A stretch of DNA of 64,000 nucleotides from Malacoraja senta (Eukaryota). The position numbers were made by a program, and so were the translations under genes. The first letter of the stretch is position 1. Every line of letters begins with the position of its first letter. The DNA lies in NCBI GenBank assembly GCA_038087875.1, contig JAXLNO010000659.1:62001-126000 (forward strand), read 5' to 3'. The notes beneath the pieces were generated by a model that saw nothing but the letters and a program-made list of their open reading frames with translations, was not told where the DNA came from and searched no databases. This document shows, in pieces, positions 23,661-37,684 of this stretch.

Positions 23661-25832
23661 GCAGATGGGGCATGTTGGTCGGCATGGGCAAGTTTGGCCG
23701 AAAGTCCTGCTTCCTCTCAGTATGACTCGATGAATCCAAATAGGCATATGTAACCCAAAATATTTGCACAGGTGGATCTTAAATAACCTGTGCTTTGTTC
23801 GAACAGTGTTTAGCCATGAGCCAAAACTGTTTGACCAACGCTTAGCTGTGAGCCAAAACTGTGATCAGGGCTATTATTAAAACTTTTTTATTTTCAACTT
23901 GGTTGCTACGTCTAAATGTGTAGGAATGATGTGACTTCAAGAAGCTGCAAGTTGTCGTGTCTTTTGTAATCATCTAAAGATGAACAATAGCTCCTTACAA
24001 AATACAAAGTACTGGAGTAACTCAACGGGCCAGGCGGTGAGGATGGGACAAAGCCTGCTGCATGATAGTTGAATACAGATGATGAAGGTTTTAATTGGCA
24101 GATGGGCAAAGTAAGTGACAAAGACTAGAGACTGGAGACAACGGGGTCAGATAATGAGAGGAGGAATGAAATATAAAGCCAAAAGGAGGGAGATAGGTGA
24201 AAGGGATGAGGCGGGGAGGGGAGAAGGAAAGGATAGTTGAAAAAATAGGTGCGCACCACAGTGGAGGGGGCACGGGAAAGACAGGGTGGGAAGGGAGAGT
24301 GTTACTTAAAATTGGAGAATTCACTGTTCATACATTACACTCTTGCGTTTTTGCAAATTAAAATGGAATAGATTGTACTCACACTAACACGTCACTGATG
24401 ATTCATTAAAGAGATGTCCAACTTGACCTCTCCTTCACCGTGGCCTTTTCATTAATTTATTTTTCTTTTCAAAATGTAATAGTTTGTTTTTGATTTATAC
24501 TATTGCAATTTCCGTTTTCCACTAGGTAGCGTATTGATTCCAAATCGCAACTACTTATATTGCAATCAAATCTAATAGTACATCACCCAATGGACCAAGA
24601 TTTAGCGCCATTGACGATTGAAATCTCTGTCAATAGATTCCTTTGGCATTTATTCTTGTCAAAAAAACTTTTTGATTCTGAGAACTTATGTATCATTTTC
24701 GAAGAACGACACTTAAACCTGCCAAGCCCTCTCGACAATCAAATTGTTTTCCTTTTAAACCCCATTGAGGATCAGCCGTGGAATTCTACTGCTGCTTGCC
24801 AGATGTTTGGGTCTCGTGTCAATTGAGGGAAATATAAAAAATTTATGACATTTACCGTGAAAAAAAATGTTCTTACTAAAAGGCACCTTGCCAAATGTTC
24901 TTACTAAAAGGCACCTTGCCAATTGCACATGCCTGCAGAGATCACAGAGGTTGTGGCTGTTTTGGAATTTATTTGTGAACAGCATGTCACCATGACAATC
25001 TTGTCTTAATTTATCAGAGGTATTCCCTTACCCATCCTGCCCAAACACACTCTACAACTTGAAAAGTCAGTAAACAAGTTATAATAGAATACTTTATTGT
25101 CACATGTGACAAGTCACAGTGAAATTCTTTGCATCCATACCTTGCCAAGGTATGCAAATAGTCACCCATAAAGGGCGCTTATAAAGTTACAGATTCTCCC
25201 CCCCCCCCCCCCCGTGACAGTTCCCTCTTTGTTTTTTCACCCCCCTCATGGCGGTCTCCCCACGGCAAGTCCCCGTTGCTCTTCCCCCTCCTTCATGGTG
25301 GTCCCCCATGCCGGGTCCTCCTTTGCTCTGTCCCTCGGCAGCGAAGTCGTCACTTCCAAGTGTCCTTCGGTCGGCGCCATCATCGACTGCCGCACCGACC
25401 TCTCCGCTAATGCTGCCGGGTCCTCTCTGGATGCTTCTGTGGCGCCGACCCAGGCCCCGGCTGCCGACCCAGGCACCGATGGCCGACGGCTCCGTTGACC
25501 CGCAAGGTCAGGGCTCTGGCCTGCGATGTTCCACTGCCGGCCCGCTGCGGCAGCCACAGTGCCTCCCGTAAGGCTTTGTTTTCAGTTCTGAAGAAGAGTC
25601 TTTGACCTCTTCGCACTGACAAGTCTTTCAGCATGTTCTGTTTACATTCAGGTTTGTATTTCCTTCCCCTCCACTCTTGACTTGACTCTCTTGACTCTGA
25701 ATATTGATGTTACATTTGTTATTTTCAATTCAGTTGCACCAAACCAGTACCCAGGCAGTTTTGGCGAAATCCACCATTTCTGCAGATGTACGATTTTATA
25801 AATCCTATGATGCAGACACAGTGGCACAGAGA

Positions 25833-26085
25833 GCGGCAGCGCAGTGGTGCCGCGGTAGAGTTGCTGCCTTACAGCGCCGGAGACACGGGTTTGATCTTGA
25901 CTATGGATGCTGTCCGTACGGAGTTTGTACGTTCTCCCTGTGACCCCGTGGGTTTCTCCGGGTGCTCCGGTTTCCTCTCACATACCTAAGACGTGCAGGT
26001 TTGTAGGTTAATTGGCTTCTATAAATTGTCTCTAGTTTGTAGGATAGAACTAATGTGCGGATGATTGTTGGTAAACTAAACTAAA
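25833..26085 (+). mobile_element. HE1/V-SINE-type SINE
   Basis: Head GCGGCAGCGCAGTGG...GGGTTTGATCTTG, V-domain and (TAAAC)n tail. Confidence 0.8.
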
Positions 26086-26259
26086 CATTGGCTTCAGAAG
26101 AATTGTCAAAACAGAGATCGATATATTCCTGGATCGTAAGGGTTTCAGGGAATGTCGGGATAATATATGGTAAATGGTGTTGAGAGAGAAGATCAGCCAT
26201 GGTCTTGATATATGGTGGAGCATTAACTGTTCTTGTGTGCCAAGAAATTATCCTGACTC

Positions 26260-26770
26260 TTATTGCACGCTCTGGTATGGCAATTCCAATCCATGGGAAT
26301 GCAAAACACTCCAGAGAGTGGTGGGCTCAGCCGGGTCCATCACGGTCACAGCCCTTCCCTCCATCACAAGCACAATGAGGCGTTACCTCAAGCATCTATC
26401 ATCAAGCATCCCCACCATCTGGACCATGCCCTCTTTTTGCTGCTGCCATTGGGCCTAAAGTCTCACACAACCAGGTTCCACAGCTAATTTCCTAAAACTA
26501 TCAGGTTCTTGAACCGATCTTCAAACCCTAATCCCACCTTGATAATGGAACACCAGACCACCTCTGGTACTCCCATGGACATGTTTTCTAATTGTGTTTT
26601 TGCAATGTCTTTCTCTTTTCATTACCTTTTTATGTATAATTTAATATAATAATTATGTATAATATATCCTTTTATGTATTGCCTGAGTTCTATGTGCCTG
26701 CGATGCAGCTGCAGGCAAGATTTTAATTGTATCTCAATTTACTTGTGTATATATCAGTGAAATTGACTTG
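26260..26770 (+). mobile_element. Rex1/Babar-like LINE 3' fragment, decayed
   Basis: CTLWYGNS...KTLQRVV...ITVTALPS C-terminal motif in ORF 26174-26458. Confidence 0.6.
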
Positions 26771-27251
26771 AAAGTACAACCCAAGTTCAGCCGAACCTGT
26801 TGATCTTGCCACCCCACCTCCAAATGCTGGGAGCAAGAAGCTCACAAAGTACCAAGTATTATACAATTCATTGGAGATATCTTTGGTTGTTGCTTTCTTT
26901 ATGCAATAACATTTGTCAAGTGAATTGTTTGTGCTGCATCATTGTGTTACATGAAAAGTATCATTTTCATAACCTTTAGCAACCAATGTTCAGTTCACAT
27001 GAAGCTATGTTCCCACTTAACACCTGACAGCTCAACTTGCCCACACCGACCAACATATTCCGTCTATACTAGTCCCACCTGCCTGCGTTTGGCCCATATC
27101 CCTCTAAACATGTCCTATCCATGTACCTGTCTGATTGTTTCTTAAATGTTGCAATAGTCCTTGCCTCATCTACCTCCTCTGGCAGCTCGTACCATACACC
27201 TGCTTGCTGTGAAGGAGCCCCGACCACCGCCTGCTGATCCCTATGCTCCGC

Positions 27252-30200
27252 CGCTCCAGTTCCAGCCGCCTTTCGCAATGTCTCCCGCCCGTCCCCGCAT
27301 GCCTTGCACCCCCCCACGTCCCTCGGTCTCCACTAACCACGGGGTTACACCCACTGCATGTTTCCCCCCTCGGTCACCACAATCCTCTCCCGTGCGATTT
27401 TCACCTTCAGCCTCTCCGCCTAATCCTTCAGTGGAGGGAGGGGATGGTTGGGTCCGCACTCGCTCGGGCCATGTTAGTAGACCACCAGACAGATATGGCG
27501 AGTATGTTTAATACACTTCCTTTCCACATTTAATCTTTAGGGGGAACGATGTAGATTGATGATGCATGTGAATCAATCACACTTAGCCAGCATCACTAAC
27601 TCCACCCCATTATAACATTTATACTAACGCCCATTCCCAGCACCGTCAGTTGAAGCAGCCAGGATGAACTGACAACACCTCGTTTTGTAATGCTGCCAAG
27701 TTACTGTGCTGATTAAAGATGTGTGTAAATCTTATACAGTCTGAAGTGATTTACACCTACCACCCTTTGTGTGAAAAAATTACCACTCAGATTCCTATTG
27801 AATCTTTCCCTCACCTTAAACCTATGACCTCTAATTCTCGATTCCCCTCTCTGGCAAGAGACACTGCATCTATTTTTGAACACCTCTTTAAGATCACCCC
27901 TCATCCTCTTGCGATCCAAGGAATAGTCTACTCCCAGTCTACTCAACCTCTCCCTATAGCTCAGATCATCCAGGCATGACAACATCCTCGTAAATCTTCT
28001 CTGTACTCTTTCCGGCTTGACAACATCTATCCTGTAACATGATGCCCAGAACTGAACGCAATACTCTAAATGCGGCCTCACCCATGTCTTATATAACCGC
28101 AACATGAGCAACTGTCACCACCTTCAGCGTCCCATCCGCCCGCCTTGCTCCATCTGCCCTTTTATTTTCTCCTTGTCTGCTTCCACCCATCATCCACCAG
28201 ATTCAGTCTCCAAATCCCACTCCTCAATCTCCCCAGGAGGCTCCTACTCACTGTCATCCTTCACTCTTCTCTGTTCCACCTATCACTGGCTCTAGTCACA
28301 ACCCTCTCTCTTCATATTGACTATTTTTCCCTCGCCACTCTCAGTCCTGATGCAGCGTTGCGATCAAAAATGTCGGCAATACATCCCCCTATTCCCCCCC
28401 TTCACCCCCCATCCCCGAACCAAACAGACGCTGCTTGACCCTCTAAGTTTCTCCGGCAGATTGTATAACTTTACGATTTACGAACAGTACAGAACCAGGA
28501 CAGGACCTTCAGGCCACACAAGGTCCATGCCAAACATGATGCCAAGACCATCTCTTAGCTACCTGCGCATATTCCATAACCCTGGATATCCATATGCCCA
28601 TCCAACAGCTGTTTAAACACCACCATCGTATCTACCTCAACCACCACCCCTGGCAACACGTTCCAGGCACTCACTACCCTCTGGTAAAAAATAAGTTGCC
28701 CCGCACATCTTTAAACTTTTAAACTTAAACGTTTATGTCTCATTTTAGTTTAGTTTAGTTTATTGTCGCGTTTACCGAGGTACAGTGAAAAGGTTTTGTT
28801 CGCGTGCTAATCGCTCCAGTTCCAGCCGCCTTTCGCAATGTCTCCCGCCCGTCCCCGCATGCCTTGCACCCCCCCACGTCCCTCGGTCTCCACTAACCAC
28901 GGGGTTACACCCACCGCATGTTTCCCCCCTCGGTCACCACAATCCTCTCCCGTGCGATTTTCACCTTCAGCCTCTCCGCCTAATCCTTCAGTGGAGGGAG
29001 GGGATGGTTGGGTCCGCACTCGCTCGGGCCATGTTAGTAGACCACCAGACAGATATGGCGAGTATGTTTAATACACTTCCTTTCCACATTTAATCTTTAG
29101 GGGGAACGATGTAGATTGATGATGCATGTGAATCAATCACACTTAGCCAGCATCACTAACTCCACCCATTATAACATTTATACTAACGCCCATTCCCAGC
29201 ACTGTCAGTTGAAGCAGCCAGGATGAACTGACAACACCTCGTTTTGTAATGCTGCCAAGTTACTGTGCTGATTAAAGATGTGTGTAAATCTTATACAGTC
29301 TGAAGTGATTTACACCTACCACCCTTTGTGTGAAAAAATTACCACTCAGATTCCTATTGAATCTTTCCCTCACCTTAAACCTATGACCTCTAATTCTCGA
29401 TTCCCCTCTCTGGCAAGAGACACTGCATCTATTTTTGAACACCTCTTTAAGATCACCCCTCATCCTCTTGCGATCCAAGGAATAGTCTACTCCCAGTCTA
29501 CTCAACCTCTCCCTATAGCTCAGATCATCCAGGCATGACAACATCCTCGTAAATCTTCTCTGTACTCTTTCCGGCTTGACAACATCTATCCTGTAACATG
29601 ATGCCCAGAACTGAACACAATACTCTAAATGCGGCCTCACCCATGTCTTATATAACCACAACATGAGCAACTGTCACCACCTTCAGCGTCCCATCCGCCC
29701 GCCTTGCTCCATCTGCCCTTTTATTTTCTCCTTGTCTGCTTCCACCCATCATCCACCAGATTCAGTCTCCAAATCCCACTCCTCAATCTCCCCAGGAGGC
29801 TCCTACTCACTGTCATCCTTCACTCTTCTCTGTTCCACCTATCACTGGCTCTAGTCACAACCCTCTCTCTTCATATTGACTATTTTTCCCTTGCCACTCT
29901 CAGTCCTGATGCAGCGTTGCGATCAAAAATGTCGGCAATACATCCCCCTATTCCCCCCCTTCACCCCCCATCCCCGAACCAAACAGACGCTGCTTGACCC
30001 TCTAAGTTTCTCCGGCAGATTGTATAACTTTACGATTTACGAACAGTACAGAACCAGGACAGGACCTTCAGGCCACACAAGGTCCATGCCAAACATGATG
30101 CCAAGACCATCTCTTAGCTACCTGCGCATATTCCATAACCCTGGATATCCATATGCCCATCCAACAGCTGTTTAAACACCACCATCGTATCTACCTCAAC

Positions 30201-33200
30201 CACCACCCCTGGCAACACGTTCCAGGCACTCACTACCCTCTGGTAAAAAATAAGTTGCCCCGCACATCTTTAAACTTTTAAACTTAAACGTTTATGTCTC
30301 ATTTTAGTTTAGTTTAGTTTATTGTCGCGTTTACCGAGGTACAGTGAAAAGGTTTTGTTCGCGTGCTAATCGCTCCAGTTCCAGCCGCCTTTCGCAATGT
30401 CTCCCGCCCGTCCCCGCATGCCTTGCACCCCCCCACGTCCCTCGGTCTCCACTAACCACGGGGTTACACCCACCGCATGTTTCCCCCCTCGGTCACCACA
30501 ATCCTCTCCCGTGCGATTTTCACCTTCAGCCTCTCCGCCTAATCCTTCAGTGGAGGGAGGGGATGGTTGGGTCCGCACTCGCTCGGGCCATGTTAGTAGA
30601 CCACCAGACAGATATGGCGAGTATGTTTAATACACTTCCTTTCCACATTTAATCTTTAGGGGGAACGATGTAGATTGATGATGCATGTGAATCAATCACA
30701 CTTAGCCAGCATCACTAACTCCACCCCATTATAACATTTATACTAACGCCCATTCCCAGCACTGTCAGTTGAAGCAGCCAGGATGAACTGACAACACCTC
30801 GTTTTGTAATGCTGCCAAGTTACTGTGCTGATTAAAGATGTGTGTAAATCTTATACAGTCTGAAGTGATTTACACCTACCACCCTTTGTGTGAAAAAATT
30901 ACCACTCAGATTCCTATTGAATCTTTCCCTCACCTTAAACCTATGACCTCTAATTCTCGATTCCCCTCTCTGGCAAGAGACACTGCATCTATTTTTGAAC
31001 ACCTCTTTAAGATCACCCCTCATCCTCTTGCGATCCAAGGAATAGTCTACTCCCAGTCTACTCAACCTCTCCCTATAGCTCAGATCATCCAGGCATGACA
31101 ACATCCTCGTAAATCTTCTCTGTACTCTTTCCGGCTTGACAACATCTATCCTGTAACATGATGCCCAGAACTGAACACAATACTCTAAATGCGGCCTCAC
31201 CCATGTCTTATATAACCACAACATGAGCAACTGTCACCACCTTCAGCGTCCCATCCGCCCGCCTTGCTCCATCTGCCCTTTTATTTTCTCCTTGTCTGCT
31301 TCCACCCATCATCCACCAGATTCAGTCTCCAAATCCCACTCCTCAATCTCCCCAGGAGGCTCCTACTCACTGTCATCCTTCACTCTTCTCTGTTCCACCT
31401 ATCACTGGCTCTAGTCACAACCCTCTCTCTTCATATTGACTATTTTTCCCTTGCCACTCTCAGTCCTGATGCAGCGTTGCGATCAAAAATGTCGGCAATA
31501 CATCCCCCTATTCCCCCCCTTCACCCCCCATCCCCGAACCAAACAGACGCTGCTTGACCCTCTAAGTTTCTCCGGCAGATTGTATAACTTTACGATTTAC
31601 GAACAGTACAGAACCAGGACAGGACCTTCAGGCCACACAAGGTCCATGCCAAACATGATGCCAAGACCATCTCTTAGCTACCTGCGCATATTCCATAACC
31701 CTGGATATCCATATGCCCATCCAACAGCTGTTTAAACACCACCATCGTATCTACCTCAACCACCACCCCTGGCAACACGTTCCAGGCACTCACTACCCTC
31801 TGGTAAAAAATAAGTTGCCCCGCACATCTTTAAACTTTTAAACTTAAACGTTTATGTCTCATTTTAGTTTAGTTTAGTTTATTGTCGCGTTTACCGAGGT
31901 ACAGTGAAAAGGTTTTGTTCGCGTGCTAATCGCTCCAGTTCCAGCCGCCTTTCGCAATGTCTCCCGCCCGTCCCCGCATGCCTTGCACCCCCCCACGTCC
32001 CTCGGTCTCCACTAACCACGGGGTTACACCCACCGCATGTTTCCCCCCTCGGTCACCACAATCCTCTCCCGTGCGATTTTCACCTTCAGCCTCTCCGCCT
32101 AATCCTTCAGTGGAGGGAGGGGATGGTTGGGTCCGCACTCGCTCGGGCCATGTTAGTAGACCACCAGACAGATATGGCGAGTATGTTTAATACACTTCCT
32201 TTCCACATTTAATCTTTAGGGGGAACGATGTAGATTGATGATGCATGTGAATCAATCACACTTAGCCAGCATCACTAACTCCACCCCATTATAACATTTA
32301 TACTAACGCCCATTCCCAGCACTGTCAGTTGAAGCAGCCAGGATGAACTGACAACACCTCGTTTTGTAATGCTGCCAAGTTACTGTGCTGATTAAAGATG
32401 TGTGTAAATCTTATACAGTCTGAAGTGATTTACACCTACCACCCTTTTTTCCCTCACCTTAAACCTATGACCTCTAATTCTCGATTCCCCTCTCTGGCAA
32501 GAGACACTGCATCTATTTTTGAACACCTCTTTAAGATCACCCCTCATCCTCTTGCGATCCAAGGAATAGTCTACTCCCAGTCTACTCAACCTCTCCCTAT
32601 AGCTCAGATCATCCAGGCATGACAACATCCTCGTAAATCTTCTCTGTACTCTTTCCGGCTTGACAACATCTATCCTGTAACATGATGCCCAGAACTGAAC
32701 ACAATACTCTAAATGCGGCCTCACCCATGTCTTATATAACCACAACATGAGCAACTGTCACCACCTTCAGCGTCCCATCCGCCCGCCTTGCTCCATCTGC
32801 CCTTTTATTTTCTCCTTGTCTGCTTCCACCCATCATCCACCAGATTCAGTCTCCAAATCCCACTCCTCAATCTCCCCAGGAGGCTCCTACTCACTGTCAT
32901 CCTTCACTCTTCTCTGTTCCACCTATCACTGGCTCTAGTCACAACCCTCTCTCTTCATATTGACTATTTTTCCCTCGCCACTCTCAGTCCTGATGCAGCG
33001 TTGCGATCAAAAATGTCGGCAATACATCCCCCTATTCCCCCCCTTCACCCCCCATCCCCGAACCAAACAGACGCTGCTTGACCCTCTAAGTTTCTCCGGC
33101 AGATTGTATAACTTTACGATTTACGAACAGTACAGAACCAGGACAGGACCTTCAGGCCACACAAGGTCCATGCCAAACATGATGCCAAGACCATCTCTTA

Positions 33201-33455
33201 GCTACCTGCGCATATTCCATAACCCTGGATATCCATATGCCCATCCAACAGCTGTTTAAACACCACCATCGTATCTACCTCAACCACCACCCCTGGCAAC
33301 ACGTTCCAGGCACTCACTACCCTCTGGTAAAAAATAAGTTGCCCCGCACATCTTTAAACTTTTAAACTTAAACGTTTATGTCTCATTTTAGTTTAGTTTA
33401 GTTTATTGTCGCGTTTACCGAGGTACAGTGAAAAGGTTTTGTTCGCGTGCTAATC
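27252..33455. repeat. Tandem duplication, 4 units of about 1560 bp
   Basis: Units start at 27252, 28812, 30371 and 31931, nearly identical; the last has a net 36-bp deletion. Confidence 0.97.
27550..27755 (+). mobile_element. Gypsy-like LTR preceded by a polypurine tract and pol 3' remnant (repeated in each tandem unit)
   Basis: PPT AGGGGGAACGA then TGTA...TACA, with TATA-like and ATTAAA signals; upstream VRTRSGHVSRPPDRY resembles the Gypsy pol C-terminal motif; embedded in a minus-strand CR1 fragment. Confidence 0.75.
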
Positions 33456-33595
33456 AATTTTGTTGTATTCTACTCAGTAGACCAGCAACTCGGAACTTTA
33501 CCAATTAAAAACAGGACGTGTTTACATTAAAAACTCTGTAAAGGTGTGTTTCAAATCTCAAAATCAATTGAGTGTGTTTTGCATCTCTACTGCAG

Positions 33596-33760
33596 GGTGA
33601 CCCAGTACACTCCCTACCAGCCTGAAGTTTCGCAAGGCAGATTGGAAAGCTTGCTCAACTATCAGACAATGGTGTGCGACCTCACGAGCATGGATGTGGC
33701 CAATGCCTCTCTGTTGGATGAAGGAACAGCTGCTGCCGAGGCAATGCAGTTATGCCACAG
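33596..33760 (+). CDS. GLDC: GLDC exon equivalent to human exon 4
   Basis: 165 nt, [58 protein letters not shown]. Confidence 0.96.
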
Positions 33761-33782
33761 GTAGAGTTCACTTTCTCTTGTA

Positions 33783-33981
33783 CAGATGCTCCCCGATTTA
33801 CGATGCTTCGACTTACGATACTTGACTTTACGATGGTGCAAACGCTTGGCAACTGCAGCGAGCCGCAGCTCACTTCCGGTCACGTGATCACATCGTATTA
33901 AGCGCATTTTCGACTTACGATATTTTCGATTTACAATGGGTTTATTGGAACATAACCCTATCGTAGGTCGAGGAACAGCTG
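33783..33981. mobile_element. Tc1/mariner (pogo/Tigger-like) MITE
   Basis: TA|CAGATGCTCCCCGATTTACGAT ... ATCGTAGGTCGAGGAACAGCTG|TA. Confidence 0.75.
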
Positions 33982-34357
33982 TACACTAAAACTCTGATAA
34001 TCCAGTGTCCAATTATTCAAAAATCCCAATCCTTCAGAATAGGGCTCAATTCTTCATATTCCATTTGGCTGTCCAGTTACCATCCTTCCTCATCTGCAGT
34101 GGAGTGCAAAGCTCACAGTTTTTTGGTGTCCAAGGCTTATTAGATATGCAGGGTGCCATGGGATTTACATGCAATAGAATAATTTTATAAATTCATAAGT
34201 TGTAAGAGCAGAATTAGGCCATTCGGCCCACCAAGCCTACTCTGCCATTCGATCGTGACTGGTCTATTTTTCCCTCTCAACCCCATTCTCCTGCCTTCTC
34301 CCCATAACCCTGGACACCTTTACTATCAATCTCCGTCTTAAAAATATCCATTGACTT

Positions 34358-35752
34358 ATATATTGTGTTGTTCAGTTTTTTCGGGGAGAAGAAGATCGTT
34401 CCTATATTATAAGGGAAACAATCCAATTATACACGATACAATAAGAATTTGGAAACAAATAAAATTATCTCTAAAATTAAGAAATCTATCATTGTTAATG
34501 CCAATAGCGAATAATCCTTTATCTAAACCATCTCTTATTGATAAAACATATAACCAATGGGAAAGAATGAGAATTAAAAGGATCGGTGATATGTATGAAA
34601 TGGGAAATCTATTATCATTCCAACAATTACAATTAAAATTTAAACTGAAAAATAACCAATATTTTAAATATCTTCAGATTTGCGATTTCATGAAGAAATA
34701 CATACAAGGATATCAAAAAACAACTTTTGATTTACTGGAAGAAGCAATGAATATTAAAGCTGACTCACAGAAATTAATATCATATTTATATAATAGTATT
34801 TTAAATATAGACCTACCATCGACAGAGGTAATTAGAGAAGTGGGAACGGGAATTAATGATAAAAATTACGAAGGTTACATGGGAAAAGTATTTGAGATAT
34901 ATACACAAATGTTCGATTAATGCAAGACATAATTTAATTCAATTAAAAATTTTACATAGATTATATTATTCAAAAACTAGATTGAATAAATGTTATCCAA
35001 ATATATCCCCCATTTGTGATAAATGTCTATTCCAAAATGCAACTATAACACACTCTTTCGTTTCCTGCATAAAACTTTATACATTTTGGAGTGATATTTT
35101 TGAAATATTTACAAAATTATTCAAGATAAGAATGGAACCTAATACTGAAATGATTATATTTGGAGTAATGGAAGATGGGAATAAATTGAACTCATCTCAA
35201 AATTTATTTTTAAATTATGGTTTAATAATAGCAAAAAAACTAATACATAATTATGGAAAAATACACCAATACCAACGCTTAAAATGTGGATTTCAAGTAT
35301 GTTGGACACCGCACATCTTGAGGAAATGCGATTCCTCCTAATAGATAAATCAGACCAATTCTTAACGGTTGGTCTCCATTTGTCGTCTTTTTGGAATCAT
35401 ATGGTGCAACACAATTGTAGAAGCTAACTGTTCCAGGACTGGGTGAGGGATGGTCAAAATTATAAATAATGATCTCCTTTTCTTTTTTTATTTTCTAGTC
35501 TCTTTTTTCTATTTTCTTTTCTTCAATTTTCTTCTTTCACTCTTTTTTTTTCTTTTTCACACACTATATACCTCACGTTTTTCTATCTTTTACTATCTAC
35601 TTTCTTTTTCTTATTCTTCTTTATTATAATAAAAAAAATAAGAAGCTGTACATAAAATGTATTATGTCATTACATATTAGGCACTTTGGTACCATATGAT
35701 TGTACTTACTTCTAATAAAATTAAAATATTAAAAAATAGATATATATACAGT
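34358..35752 (+). mobile_element. L1-clade LINE 3' fragment
   Basis: AT-rich ORF2 C-terminus with a CCHC-like finger (CDKC...THSFVSC), T-rich 3' UTR, AATAAA and A-rich tail; 14-bp TSD ATATCCATTGACTT (34344-34357, 35753-35766). Confidence 0.85.
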
Positions 35753-35952
35753 ATATCCATTGACTTGGCCTCCACAGCCTTCTGTGGCAATGAATTCCAC
35801 AGATTCACCACCCTCTGAGTAAAGAAATTCCTCCTCATCTCCTTTCTAAAGGTGTATCCTTTTACTCTGAGACTATGGCCTCTGGTCCTAGACTCTCCCA
35901 CGAGAAGAAACATCCTCTCCACATCCACTCTATCCAGGCCTTTATTTGGTAA

Positions 35953-36773
35953 TGCCCCTGTCCCACTTAGGAAACCTGAACGGAAACCTCTGGTGACCTT
36001 GCGCCCCACCCAAGGTTTCCATGAGTCGCCAGAGGTTTTGGTCACTCGCCTGGAAAGCCTCGACCGAAGCGTGAGCTGCATCTACTGACCAAAGATCCTA
36101 CAGGATCTTTGCTACCGACCGCACACACACACACACACACACAAACACACATCGCGAAGGTGGGGGCCAGGGACAGCGGAGGAGTGCTGTCTGCACATTG
36201 AAGAGGAAGGTAAGCGGCTGCCACAGAGCACGGTAAGTCCTTTAGATAGTGTGGGAGGGAGGGAGAGAAGGGGAAAGAAGGGGACAGAAGGACAGAGAAG
36301 GGGAGAGAATGGGGAGAAAGGGAAGAGAAGGGGAGAGAAGGGGGGAGGGGGGGGGAGAAGGAGTGGAGACGGTTTTAAGAAGTTTAATAAAGTTAGCGGG
36401 CATTTTACCTTCCGGCGGATCTTCTAGGTCCTGAAAACCAAAGATCCTATAGGATCCTATAGGATCTTTGCTGAAAACTCCAATGAGCCAATCAAAATGG
36501 GCGGTCAGTGAAGGAGATTGCCTTCGACTGCCTGTAAGTAAATAGCAACCCCACTCCACTGGCTTCAACCAAACGGCAACCTATTTTTAGTCGAGGCCGG
36601 TTTTGATTTTGTTGAAATAATCGCAGGAACATAGAAGAAGCCTCGACTATGCGGAAACCACTTTCGACCATTAGGGAGAGTGACCAAAACCTCCGGGAAC
36701 CTCACGGAAACCTTGGGTGGGGCGCAAGGTCACCAGAGGTTTCCGTTCAGGTTTCCTAAGTGGGACAGGGGCT
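35953..36773. mobile_element. PIF/Harbinger-like MITE with long TIRs
   Basis: About 65-bp TIR GCCCCTGTCCCACTTAGGAAACCTGAACGG...; TAA duplication (35950-35952, 36774-36776). Confidence 0.85.
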
Positions 36774-36873
36774 TAAGTTTCAATGAGTCCCCCCTCATCC
36801 TTCTAAACTCTAGAGAGTACAGGCTAAGTGCCATCAAACGCTCATCATACGTAAACCCAATCATACCTGGGAT

Positions 36874-37684
36874 CCGGGTGGCGCCAGCAATGGCTGCCTC
36901 GCCAGCAGCTGTTAGTCCTTTCACCCTTTTTGTTATTTTTAGTGTGTCTAATTGAATGTTTTAAATGTTTCTTATTATGTGTTATGTGGGGGGTGGTGGG
37001 GGGGAATAGGGGGAAACCGTTTTTCAGTCACTTACCTGGACGGAGATGCATCTTTTCTCAGTGTCGCATCTTCGCCCCCCCCTCGCGGCCTACCAACTGG
37101 ATTGGTGCGGCCTTTCCTACCGGAGACCGGCCAGAGCTTCAGCAGCGGCGCAGCACTGAATTACCATCACGGAGCTCTGGAGTGTTGGGCCTGCTGTCTT
37201 TAACACCGTGCAGCTGTGGTTTGCGGAGCTTCTAACCGCGGGAGCGACGCTGACTTTAACATCGCGGAGGCCTTGGATCTTTTACCGGGGATCGCCACTG
37301 TTGGAGCTCTACCCAGATCGGCCTGTTGACTTCGGAAGCTGCGGTCTCCGGTAAGAAGCGGCCGATTCGGAAACTCCAAGCCGCGAGTGTGTTCCTCCGT
37401 TCCGACACCGGAGTTCCGATCATCCCGGCGAGAGGGCCTGAACATCGGGCTATCCGTAGTGGCGACTGCGGAGGGTTCAAAGGCCCCGACCATGGGTGAA
37501 CAAAGAGGAAGATGACTGAACTTTATTGCCTTCCCTCACAGTGGGAACGTTGATTCCGCTGTGGTGGATGTTTATGTTAAACTCTGTTGTGCCTTGTGTT
37601 CTTTTTATTTGTATGTCTGTATGGTGACTCAAATCTCACTGTACCAATTGGTGCATGTGACAATAAACGTGCACTTGAACTTGA
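36874..37684 (+). mobile_element. Non-autonomous retroposon of about 0.8 kb with a Rex1-like tail
   Basis: Starts CGGGTGGCGCCAGCAATGGCTGCCTCGCC, ends GACAATAAA...CTTGAACTTGA; homologous copies at about 38905-39620 (-) and 22469-22625 (-). Confidence 0.7.

Noticed and set aside
24865..24922. Short two-copy tandem duplications (also about 23810-23860 and 37919-37978)
   Set aside because: Ordinary slippage-type duplications with no further structure
25833..25910. tRNA gene candidates at SINE heads
   Set aside because: Only degenerate A/B-box-like motifs followed by a V-domain; no cloverleaf
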